From positions 1 through 64,000 of the forward strand of contig NW_026856822.1 of assembly GCF_026571515.1 (NCBI RefSeq): DNA of 64,000 nucleotides, read 5' to 3'. A program made the position numbers and the translations under genes. Each line of letters starts with the position of its first letter. The first letter of the stretch is position 1. Below are positions 15,201 to 27,000 of the stretch, piece by piece. The DNA comes from Ruditapes philippinarum. Its lineage: Eukaryota. Below the pieces are notes generated by a model. That model saw only the letters and a program-made list of their open reading frames with translations, did not search any database and was not told the DNA's origin.

Positions 15201-16267
15201 AATGAATCAACATAAGTGAATTAATCAATGTGAATATAAATGCATCAATATAAATGTAGGAATGAATCAATATAAGTGAATGAAATTCATATAAAAACAA
15301 ATTAATCAATATAAATGCACGACTGATAATATGAATCAATGTAATCCACATGAATATCAATGCATCAATTGCGATGTATAAATGAATTAACATAAGCGAA
15401 TGAAATCCTTATGAATATAAATGCATCAATATAAATATATGAATAAATCAATATAAATGAATGAAATCCATATAAAACAAATATATCAATATAAATGTAT
15501 GAATGAATCAATAGAAATGAATAAATCAATTTCAGTGAATTCATTTTAATGAATGAAATACATATGAATATAAATGCATCAATATTGCAATATAAATGTA
15601 TAAATGAATCAATAAACATGTAAATAAATGAATCAATATCACTATGAATGAAAAAGATTTGCTGAGCTATTTTGCTGAATATTTTTTAATGAATACCATT
15701 TATTAATTAATAAGTACATATTGTGGCAGTATTACGATATACTCGTATATGTTAAAGGGGGTAATGTTAAAATGAAGGCGATAACTGGAAAATGCTATAT
15801 ACGTGTTATCTAAATTAACAAATTTCATCGATGCATAGAAACGTAATGTATAAACTTTTAATGACGCCATGAAGAACAGTTTGTGGCGTTGCGCCAGATA
15901 AATCGGGACAATGATTCAAAGCAGCAAAAGACCTGAATCAGGAAAAAATCTGTTTGTTTAAAACTGAACATCCAATTATGTTTCGTGAACACTGGCTGTT
16001 AAATTTTTGCTCATGGCCATACTTCTGATGAAGTTTTACCATCTGTCGTCAAAGTAATTGAAAAATGTCAAAAATGTTTATACATGTATATGAATTATGT
16101 GTAGTTCTGAAACAAACGTACAGATATGCTTTAGACTAGGTTAAAATTTTACCGTAATGGTGGTCCCCTTGAAGTATTTCGTCGAGTATATCTCCAGTAT
16201 ATCTGCACAAAACCACGTGCACAAGCAGTGCCACCGCCACAGCCTTTAACCGGACTTTGTTGATCAT
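1229..16267 (-). CDS. TP53I13: TP53I13-like / DUF3105 domain protein, predicted secreted, 248 aa, 9 coding exons
   Basis: Minus-strand exons 16267-16153, 16042-16023, 13340-13269, 11987-11943, 11147-11092, 7798-7720, 7261-7130, 3558-3463, 1360-1229. All introns are GT-AG and phases are consistent (747 nt). Protein: [215 protein letters not shown]. SGxHRPxW, GEYxYxPPQRWxHxLEHG, LYHPC and DGQY are hallmark motifs of the family. The symbol means 'like'; orthology is not shown. An acceptor just before the ATG (16271-16272) implies an upstream non-coding exon that I could not locate. Confidence 0.88.
1547..1783. mobile_element. Palindromic MITE (~237 bp, ~100-bp terminal inverted repeats)
   Basis: TGAGCCGCGTCATGACAAAACCAACATAGTGCGTTTGCGACC... 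is mirrored by ...GGTCGCAAACGCACTATGTTGGTTTTGTCATGACACGGCTCA. A fragment of the same end recurs at ~38552-38590. Confidence 0.9.
4671..5350 (+). mobile_element. tRNA-derived SINE, split by a Harbinger insertion
   Basis: GGATTCTTTCATGTGAGGAAGCTATCCAGCTAGCTTACGG (4679-4740) resumes at 5224 as CAGGTGCCCGTTTGTGCCTGAAATAATGCACGG...CTTCCTCCACCAG...(TAAA)n tail. Related copies are at ~40998-41175, ~16350-16745 and ~6560-6900 (minus strand). Confidence 0.75.
4745..5224 (-). mobile_element. 5' fragment of a PIF/Harbinger DNA transposon (transposase N-terminus, frameshifted)
   Basis: Minus-strand ATG at 5018: [84 protein letters not shown], with one frameshift at ~4948. This matches the HARBI1-type N-terminal pattern. 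The terminus GGCCCCATGTTCACTAAC abuts CAG/CTG, and there are GATC-rich subterminal repeats at 5038-5200. Confidence 0.8.
7371..7425. repeat. (TACA)n microsatellite
   Basis: Seen directly. Confidence 0.95.
8904..9247. mobile_element. TTAA-flanked MITE (Kolobok-like)
   Basis: TTAA|AGGGACTTCACTGAGGTTT ... AAACCTCAATGGAGTCCCT|TTAA. Related copies are at 41713-41939 (also TTAA-flanked), ~8270-8680 and ~23268-23625. Confidence 0.75.
10002..10540 (-). mobile_element. Highly decayed AP/EEP endonuclease remnant (Helentron- or LINE-derived)
   Basis: [11 protein letters not shown] matches the EEP endonuclease GDFN motif; neighbouring frames give weak matches only. No reverse transcriptase follows. Confidence 0.4.
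12148..12572. repeat. (CAT)n/(CAC)n trinucleotide low-complexity tract
   Basis: Seen directly; intronic in the TP53I13-like gene. Confidence 0.95.
15170..15650. repeat. Degenerate AT-rich tandem repeat (ATGAATCAATATAAATG-like units)
   Basis: Repeated ATGAAT/ATCAATATAAATG motifs. Confidence 0.85.
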
Positions 16268-16544
16268 TTTCTGAAAGAAATATTTTAATTGATAAATGAT
16301 GCTTTCGTTGATATTGGATATCCTTTTCAACCATGTTTTACAAAAGGCGCTAGTGGCACCCAAATGCTCCTCGAATCATATGCCACTGACCAGTGTAGGT
16401 TCAAATCTCGGTAAAGAATTGTTTGCATTTTTTTCATAGAAGTTATCCAGCTAGCAAACGGAACGACAGTGGTTATCACTCGGTCGTACCTGAAACAATG
16501 TATGAAGAATCGTTTAAAAACGTTACAGTAATAATATCAACTTC

Positions 16545-16730
16545 CTCCGCTACCGAAACTGAAACATCCGCGAGCAAAACTGGAACCTCCGTAAACAAAA
16601 CTGGAACATCCGTAAGCAAAACTTGGACCTTTGAAACTAAATTGTAACCTCCGCTATCAAGACTGAAAGCTCTGCAAGCAAAATTGGACCCTAAATAAGC
16701 AAAATTATAACCTCCGTAAGCAAAGCTGGA
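16545..16730. repeat. 21-bp minisatellite (CCTCCGTAAGCAAAACTGGAA-like)
   Basis: About 9 diverged units lying inside a decayed SINE. Confidence 0.8.
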
Positions 16731-17584
16731 AGGTCGCCATTTAAATATTACAACGCCGGTTCAGGTAGTATTCAGAAACAACAACAACAACAACAAAATT
16801 TAATATTAAACATAATTCTACAGTAACATTCATTCATCTTTTGATGCTTTTGTTGTTTTCTGTTTTTGCTGTAACAGTTGTTGATTCTTGAATCATATAA
16901 ACATGCATCTGTTCACATTACCAGCGAGTGAAGACCTCACATATCTTCAGATTATAGCTTTAATGAGAGGCACATATATAGGCACCTAAGTGATACGAAG
17001 CACCTGTAAAGAGGCACCTGAGCGATGAGAATGACCTGTATAGAGGCACCTGGGTGAAAAGCACATACAGTCCCTATTAAAACCTTTATAAAATACAATA
17101 TAATGTAATTAAAAATGTAAATCCTGTCTGAAAACTGAAAAAAATTACCTTGCCCGAAGAAAAAGTTTAGAATTTTTTATGAGTATACAAATGTTCATGT
17201 ATGTTTCATACGAGAAACAGCACGTGATTATAATTAATGGAAAACATTCCGTTTTGTATCCATCAAGTATTGCTGAATTATGTGAAACGCGACATCTGCA
17301 ATTATTGTCGCCAATTCATCAACATTAAAACAATTGTCACATTTCAGCTACCTAGCAATTATCAGTAAAATTTGTAGCCATAGCAACCGGTGATAACGCA
17401 AGAGATCCGAATTATAAAATTATTCAAGACTGATGACACCGTAAAGTATTGAGAATCGATTACAACAAATATTGCATGACAAGGAGTGTTCAAAGAAACT
17501 ATGGTTATTTGCAATTAGAAGTTGCAAGATTTTCCTTGAAGAAACAGTAATTACTTTTTATATCTGATTGTCTTATTATTATCA

Positions 17585-17741
17585 NNNNNNNNNNNNNNNN
17601 NNNNNNNNNNNNNNNNNNNNNNNNNNNNNNNNNNNNNNNNNNNNNNNNNNNNNNNNNNNNNNNNNNNNNNNNNNNNNNNNNNNNNNNNNNNNNNNNNNNN
17701 NNNNNNNNNNNNNNNNNNNNNNNNNNNNNNNNNNNNNNNNN
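17585..17741. other. Assembly gap (N run)
   Basis: N bases. Confidence 1.
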
Positions 17742-18579
17742 NTGGATCAACCTTATCAATATCAACATTTCTTGAAAAGAAATTAATAGTACATGTATAT
17801 ATATTGTATATCTTTTGACAAATCATGACCCCTTCTAAGGAAATGTACGGTATTCTGATGGTACCGGGTTCCACTTCCAGTCCGGCTGCGATATATTTAT
17901 ATATTTATCATATTAAACTTTGATAACGGTTTTGATAAATGAACTTTGACCTTGATCTTGCTCCTGATCGAACATACGGGGGAAGGGTAAGACTTATAGT
18001 TATTAAAATCGCGACTACGAAACTGTTCAAATCATTCACGTAGAATTTACTCTTGTTATCTCGGAGCCGCGAGTCCGGCGAACAAAAGTCAAGATAACGA
18101 AAAATCGAGATAAACGTGTAAACTATAATATGGGTTTAGTTAAAAAATTGAAAACGCTTTTAAAAACTACCTTCAGTTTTCAGGTTTAAACATATTTTAT
18201 ATAGAATAAGTGTACATGTTCAATTTACAACAAAACAATTATTTATAGTTTATTTATAGAATTTGGCCGAAAGCAAACGCTTATGGAAGCCATTTTAAAA
18301 TGTTGACAAGATGACGTTTTTTAAAGCCTTTCCGTAATAAAACAGTAGGTGAAAGGAGACAACATTTATTTAATAATATCAGAAACGAAGTAAAATAGAA
18401 TTGTTCAATTGCAGTAATCCAAAGAAGTAAGTATAGTAATAAGAAAAGTATGTCTGTAATTGAGATCGGTAATTAGCATAACCGCAACGCACTGCTACAT
18501 ATGGAAACCTGTTGCCTCCATGAATAGTTTCGAGAAGAACTACACTATCCAAGCATAGGCATAACGAAATATAGATTCT

Positions 18580-19860
18580 ATGAAAAGTTCGATACCATAA
18601 AAGAAGATTTCAAAAATGTGTATAAAGCATATCAAATTTTAATTTTACATCTAAAACTGTGCACATCCAAATTCCATAGCTGCACATCAAAGAACAAGAA
18701 AGTAGGTCACATCTTCAAAATATAGGTCAGCTGATATAGCAAAGTTCAATTCTACATCTAAAGATTGTGCACATGGTCCAAATTTCATAGATGTACATCA
18801 AAATACAAGATAGTAAGTCAATTCGTCAAAATCTAAGTCAGCTGATATCAAAGTTCATTGTTACCTCTAAAACTGTGCAAATGATCAAAATTTCATAGCT
18901 GGAAATTAAAGAACAAGAAAGAAGAATTTTACCTTATGTTCCAAATATCATTTCTGTAGGGCAAAAATAAGATAAATTCATAATTTTGACCTTGAAGTTG
19001 ACGGTCAATGTCTATTAAAGTCAAGGTCACATCTAAATTATTCAATATGTTTGTTTGGTAGCAATCCTTATTTTGTCCAGATATAAGTCAAATCTTTAAA
19101 TTGATAACAAAATTATGACAATTTAACCAAAATTCAATATCTGACCTTGACGATCAAGGTCATTTTAAAATCGAGGTCAGTTCAAGGTCAGTTCAATCTT
19201 AAAGAAAGTCTTGTCCAAAAGGTTGTTTTGTCCAAGTATGAAGATAATCCACTTATTCATTACATTACAAGTTACAGTAACAATAATAGTAAAAATCAGT
19301 GAACATTCAATAATTCAACCTTCAAGGTCAAGGTCATATATGAGCCAAGTTCAATTTGAGTTTGATATACACGAAGTTCTAATCCTAAAAAAGGTTGTGT
19401 CTTAATATTAAGTCAACCCATTAATTAATAACAAAGTTTTAGCCATTTACAGCAAAAAAAATGAAAATTTCAATAATTTGACCATTAAGGTCAAGATCAT
19501 TTATTAGTATAGGTCAAGGTCTGTTTGGTTAACTTCAAAGTCTATCCTAAAAGGTTATTGCGACTAAGTTTGAAGAAAATCCATTAAAAAATAACAAAAG
19601 TTATGGCCATTAATAGCAAATATCAGCAATAAAAAACAAGCACAATTTAGGCATTTGATTGTGAAGGTCAAGGTCATTTATGAATGAAGGTCAAGTTTAG
19701 TCTGGTGTGGTCTACTTGAACGTATTGTGGCCAAGTATGAAGACAATACACTAAGAACTTAAAAAGTTATGATCAACGTTAAAGTTTTGAGGACGCAAAG
19801 ACAACACGATATGATTCTAACAATACTTCTACTTTTTCTTCGAAAAATGTCGACCTGAAA
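18580..19860 (-). mobile_element. Decayed Helentron-associated (HINE/pearl-like) elements with TGACCTT/AAGGTCA-rich internal repeats
   Basis: Three ~115-bp units at 18645-18920 and many TGACCTTGA..AGGTCAAGGTCA units. A homologous block lies at ~36080-36880. Confidence 0.55.
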
Positions 19861-20879
19861 ATGAATATTTTATTATGGCCTTTCATCAGTATACTTAAAG
19901 TACTTTGATTATCAATGACACGCTGATAATAAGCATTCATAATCAATATGACAATTATCAGATAGTTATCAGACTTTTTTAACAAATCCGAGTTTTCAGC
20001 TTTGTTACAGAATAGACCCTTGGCTATTTTTAGAAAAATGAATCAGAACGAGGCTTAGATGACAAGCTGATTAACCAGCATTATGCTTTTAGTAAAACAT
20101 GACTGCTTATCTATGGTTCATGACATAAACTTCTCATTTCAAAGAGTTATACATTAAACAAAACAACATGACAAGTTGAAATCTGAAACTTAATTGCCTT
20201 ATCACAGCAACGCGACGGTGCCGTTTGGATTCCATAGTTACAACCCACGCCAACTTGTACCGGCTTAAGCGGTATTAATTACTACAAATATCATGTTATC
20301 CTTCACGCATATGATTGTACCTTCTTATAATTATGAAAATTATGTCCGGATTTCAGAAGAAATTCGTTTATGATCGTCGCTTAAGACCTATCAGCTGTCG
20401 ACAATTATGAGATATTAATTAGATTAAATGTAAATACCCCGTATTCGGGATATATAGGTGACCTCTAACCCGACCAAGCTGCTGCAATTTACATAAGTAT
20501 ATTCAAATAGGAGAGAAAACATAGTTCTAAAGCATGTTTTGTTGTTGTTGTTGTTGTTGTTGTTGTTGATTATGATGAGGATTCTTGTGAGGCCCGGTTT
20601 TTACGTCGCACTAGTACTAAAAAGATCCTATGTCAGATGATTTTTCCAGGCCTTTATTTATTAAAAAAAGGCCATTCCCGGTCCTCGACGCCGCTCCGTA
20701 CATTTTGGACACCTATTTCAAGAACAAACGAATTTCCTCGATTATCAACACATGATAATAATCACCGGCCCTTAAGTTACCAGCGATGATGATCAAGAAA
20801 TTCGAAGTAATTTAAAAGATGACGATTGTCAATTATGACGTCGATGGAGGCTGTACGATGACGACAACGGCCACGAAAG

Positions 20880-21180
20880 TAAAACCTTATCATCAGAACA
20901 ACGATGACTATGATGATAATGTTCATGTTGATTCTTCGATGTCGATGGTGATGATGATGTTGGTGATGATGATGACGATGCTGATAATGAAAATATCGAA
21001 GATGTTGCTGCTGCCGTTGTTGTTGTTGTTGGCGTAAATTATGATTATAAAGTTTATAATGATGATGATGATGATGATGATGATATTGATGATGGTGATG
21101 ATAAAGATAATGATGATGATGATGATGTTCATGATGGTGATCATCATCCTCATCATCATGATAACGATGATCATGTCATC
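20880..21180. repeat. (GAT)n low-complexity tract
   Basis: Seen directly. Confidence 0.9.
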
Positions 21181-23287
21181 TTATAATTGAAAAATGTAAG
21201 AAAAATATTTCAACTAATAAAATGAATGCCAACAGTTTTAAATGCCTCTTTTATTGACCGCATGTCTCTCAGGGAATAACTTCATACGATCAAATTGCTA
21301 CATAAATATTTAAACAAGCTTTCACGAGCTATTTTATATCGATACGTTCCCAGAAATTGCATTTCCCCACACACATGTGCTTGAATGACTTCACTCTGAT
21401 CATGATGAAACGGTACAATGATAGATGAATGCTCTTTTACAAAAGCAAAAATGCAAGAGACACGCCATTTAATAATTAATCAAACGTTGAATGCATTTTG
21501 CATTATTTGCGTCTGCTTTATATATATCTTTTTTGCAGCTGTAAGTTGTAACAGCACCCACCGTATCCCCACTTTTTAAGACCGGGGCAGGTTGTACATA
21601 ACGGGGAAAACGAGTCGAGAATTCACATTTCGTCTGCCTTAGTACTGATGGGATAATGTGACGGTTTTGCTTTCGCGCAAAAATGGAATTGGGTCTTTGC
21701 AAAAATATCTGGAAATAAGTGATCCCTTGGAAGCATTATAAACAGCAAAATTACATGAAAATTGCAGACTCGGTTTGATTGAGTTTGTGGGATAATGAAA
21801 AAGTGCAACATCCCTCACGCCCACCATAGCACCGGCTTGAGCTGTACTTTACTCTCAACACTTAAAAGTGCTTGACTCAATTATCCCAAAATATAACAAC
21901 ACTAAATTGAAGTACGGGGCAACTTTTTACTGCTGCCATGCACACAGTACTTGGCACCTGCAAGTCTGTAAGTCGCAGTACGGGGCATTTCATCTCAATG
22001 TTACCACAGGGCTGACCTTTACCGGGGATTTGAACCTCTAAAAATACAAGTCTTTATCATGGAAGTCAAGGTCGTCGCTATTCTCCTGGAATCAGGGTTT
22101 AGTTACAATTTCCTGGCGCATTTCTTTGATTTCCTGTCATGAACGGGTACTGAAGTGATTTTTAAGTCGATTTAATTTCCTTCACTTTTATACTATATTT
22201 TTAAACAAAACCAACTACGCAAAAACGCCTTATTTTAAGTTTCATTGCCTATAAAAATTGACAAAAATCTGTTTCTATAGTAAAACCAAATTAAGCGATA
22301 ACCAGTACATAAACATGTTTAATATAATAATTGACACACGTGCAGTAAACTATGTGTAAACAATATCAAATTTAATTTTCGATGTTTTAATAATGTTTTT
22401 CAAATACATGTTTTTTGTATATCTAAAACATATCTTAAACTAAGATAACGCAATAAAAAATAAAAGCATATTCGTTATTTACAAACCTTTAGTTAATATC
22501 CCATATATCCATGATCTGCTATAGCCACTTGTTTAATTCCGAGAACTGTTATGCGTTATATAAAAGACTGCAATTTCTCCGTGTTTATTGTTCGTCTCCG
22601 ATGACTTTTCTGCGGCCCCGTGGACGTAATAAATTGTCTTCTTGTCATCTAATTTCCGAGAAAATCTGTCAGATTTATTATGAGACACATCTGTATCGTC
22701 ATAGGATGACAAAGTAAAGTTTGATACTCGTCTGCTGGCTATTGGAATTTGTCGTCTGCTGCTTGTATTAAAACTAAATAATTCATCCAAGCAGACGCTT
22801 TAAAAATTTTCGAAAATAATTGATTCTTTATAACATTTTTTTTTGCCATCTTAAGCTTTATATGGTGTTATTTTTACTTTTTCACGTTTCATCCAATGGG
22901 AACGAAGGAAACGCGATTTACATTGATTATTTTCATAACCATAATTAAGATTTTGCCAATGTTATCTCTCATATTTATTAATTATTTACATCACTTGATA
23001 ATTATTTTCATTGAAAAGGCTAGACGCATAGCTCATTGTTTTATACATTTAAAAGGTATATTTCAACGTTTTGGTATCCAAGGAGATGAAATATAGGTAA
23101 CAACACTCTTGTGTTTTATGTACAGAACAGAACAGACATTTTATTTTAATACTTTAACATATCAGATCGCCATGCAAAAAGATAAACATAACAATTATCA
23201 CACGTCATGCGTTTTTTGTTTGTGTTTTTAGATGTAAAGTTGTTGTGGAAATTTTAAAGTATATATAACTCCACTGAGGTCCAAAAC

Positions 23288-23323
<36 letters not shown>

Positions 23324-24096
23324 CAAATAGGGGATTTAATAGAATAATATGTAAAGATTAATTATGAAATATACATGCACAGAAATAAATTGAAAGTCGA
23401 ATATTTCGGTTATTCTTAGTCCGATTTGAATAAAAAGCGTTGTAACGCTTTTCAACTTGGGCAATTTTTACACAATTAGAATAATAATATTCTTGAAAAA
23501 CAAAATGAGGTAATGATTTGAAATTTTGCACAGAATTCGAAGTTATTATCAAATGGAAAATTAGTATCGAAAAATTATTTCAGGCCTGTCATGTCAATTT
23601 TTAAGCCTCAGTGAAGTTCCTTTAAGTGTATACTGTTCCCGTTTGGTCCTCGCCTTTGGAATAGTTCAAAATAATTATGTAGATCTAACTCTTTTAATTA
23701 AAATACCCAAAAGACATTAAATTTAGGCACTAAAAGTCTTACTACATATGATAATGATACTTATATTTGCACGATTTATTTTAGAATAACAAGGATCTGA
23801 TTTTCAAAGAAAATGACGAAAAAATATAAAGTTTTAAATTGAAGTACAAGCTACGTCTATTTGTTGTCTAACGGCACCTAAAGTACACCATAAATTATAT
23901 TTTGGGTGACTTACGGCGCCTAAAGTACACCGTAGTTTATAGCTCCGAAGTTTGACGGAAAATTCCGAATTTCATCGGCTCTTCCCATTGCGGATAATAA
24001 TAGCCGAGGAGATCAGATTGTTTGTTTGCGCTCCAGTGCGCTTTCGGTTTAATATCTATTTCGATTCTATTTATAGAATATCTTCCTATACACAAA

Positions 24097-27000
24097 ATGG
24101 CAGCAGTGACAGGGTCGCGTGTTTCCCGTCGTATTTTAACAAAGTTAGCAGCCGATAAAACATGGATACTACCAGGTTTGAATATTATTTATAAATCGAC
24201 TTTAAAAATAATTATGCTTTGAGCAATTTTATCAAATATCGAACAGTATTAATTGTAATAATTGCATGACGTGTATACGCTTGCTACACATGACGTGTTT
24301 TACCGTACTTACTCTTGTAATTGAACATATTTTTTTTATTATTTTTAGTTACCGGCTTAAAAGTTCAAAATGGTGCCACGTTATCAAGGTTTATGTCGAA
24401 CAAGAGCGGAGAAAGGGTATAGATCTACAGGACTTGTGTATTTTTGTTTATTTAATTAATAGCAAATCCCTACATGTATATTAGTTCGATATAGGAAGCT
24501 TTAAACTTATAAAACAGACGCACACTTTCGAATCCGTTCCTGGAACTAACCAGTACTGATCAAAGAGTGTAAATTTTCTTGCTCAAGGAAACAATGATTT
24601 GCCTCTGTCGGGGTTCGAATCCATATGGCTCGCGATCATTAGATTACTAGTTCTGAAACTGTATCGCGATATCATCACGATAGCGTGCGTGTATGACGAT
24701 ACAGTATCACGATACAAAAATATAATGATGCTTACATTTAGACAAAACATGTGTGTTTGACTCATTTGCCGGCAAATGCATAATGTTACATGGGGAATTT
24801 TCCTTTCAAATGAAAATGGTTACTGAATAGAGCAGTGTTATTTTATACTTCTACAGATAATCTAATAACATATAATAACGCAAACTTAGCATTATCAATT
24901 TACCAAATAACAAGATACATGCCCAGGTCTAGGCATAATGTTCACGGGCCGAAGACACTATATTTTACAAAATTATTAATATCCTCTCTAATGTAACAAT
25001 AGCCTGGCCAGCGATGATATTTTAATGATAGTCTGTTCTGACCTTGCATTTGCACTGTATTTAGGTCCAGATTTATATATAAGAACTTTATTTCCCGGTA
25101 TAAATTACCAATTCACCATATGCCCATTATAATTATGTAACATTTTGGGAGGGCTGATCGCTAATGTTGAAAGAACTTGGGAGCATCTCTTTTTGCTGTT
25201 TATTATTTCGAAAAACTGTTGTTTATTTTTGTATGTTAACATGTATAATAACAACGGCAAAATATGATTAAATCTAACATAATATTTAATCAAATGAATT
25301 ATGATTTTAAATATTTTATGAAATTTAAACTTAATTATTTCTACAGTGTTTATTCTAGGATTCGAAAAACAGGGGTGATTTTTATTGAAAAGCGAGAATT
25401 TATTACATTTGTTGATCTATTCCCTTCTTTCTTAAAGTAAAATTTCCCCCCTTCCTATGAAAAAATAGGGGGGAATCCTCAAAAATATGGGTGAATCCCC
25501 CCATCCCCCCTCCTAGAATAGACACTGTTTCTATATTTTTATTAGCAGTTTATGCAGTGCGTTTCCTGATCTTTATATGTATTTAAATGCACAGAAAACC
25601 ACACAGTTAAAGAAAATGCTGACATCACCGGACCTTGAGTTTATTATGGAAGCGCACAATGGACTTAGTGCAAAAATTGTCGAGGAGGCAGGTTAGTATT
25701 CAGAGGGAAAAAAGATTTATGGTCTCTTAAAAGGAATAATTATCGTGCATGTCTTTTATTTGACCATTCAGGTTAAGATCTCCAATGATTTCAATATGAT
25801 TGTTGCGCATGATAATTTCTCTTACCTTGACCTTTTCCTCTCTGTTATGTGTTAAATAAATGTTATAAAATGCCAGATTTATGTATTGCATTGTTGTGAA
25901 ACATACATTTTTTATAAGCAGACACGTGTGCGTGATACTCAAAACATAAAAATGTTCACATGTGAAAGTAAGATTTTTTTTTACAAAGTTCATTTTTTAC
26001 GTTTAACTATTACGTAAACATTGTTTCGCGATGTAATAATTGACTAAGAGTTAATACACGCATCTTTTATTATTCTAGGGTTTAAGGGAGTATGGGGCAG
26101 CGGTCTGTCAGTGTCTGCACAGCTTGGGGTTCGAGACAGTAACGAAGCATCGTGGACACAGGTTTGTGAGAAAGATTATCTAAGATTGTGGAGAACATTC
26201 TGCAATTGAAATACATCTCATACTTTGCAATCAAATATAAACTAAGAAATCAATTGTAATTTCATCTGCAAATTGCATAACATCAGGGACATAAATTAAT
26301 ATATATTTCTACAGTACCACCTCGGCAAAGCAACACCCTGTAAGACAAAGATTTTGATTGTTCAAGGGATGTTTTGCTCTTGAACAGTTAGTAACACAAT
26401 TGTCCTGATCTAGATCTTTGACCGGGCGGAGGCTATTATTATAAAATTGAAGGACTTGAAAAAAGTTTGCTTGTGTTTCACAGGTTGTAGAAGTATTAGA
26501 GTTTATGAGTGACGCCACCACTGTTCCTATCCTGCTAGATGCCGACACCGGATACGGTAATTTCAACAATGCACGGCGTCTCGTGCGTAAGTTGGAGTCA
26601 CGTGGTGTTGCAGGTGCGTGCCTGGAAGACAAATTGTTTCCGAAGACAAACTCTTTACATGACGGGAGGGCACAGCCGTTAGCTGATATAGAAGAATTTT
26701 CGTTAAAAATTAAGGTAAATTTTTAATGTCGTCTGGAGACTTAAGTTTGATATAGAAAATGTTTTTTTTTAACAAAGTTCTGTCCATGTTTTCTTCCTCA
26801 ATTTGATAAGTTGTAGTTTATGCAGTCATATGTTATCATGAGTCTTTGTTTTGCTTTGGTAAAGTAAGTTAATATTTAATTGATAGGAACGAGTTAAGTT
26901 GTTTACATAAAAATAAAAATGCACTAGGAAAGATCTAACTGTGGCTGGGATTCGAACTCGCAACCAGACACTTATAAACAAAATTAATGATCCTTTGACA

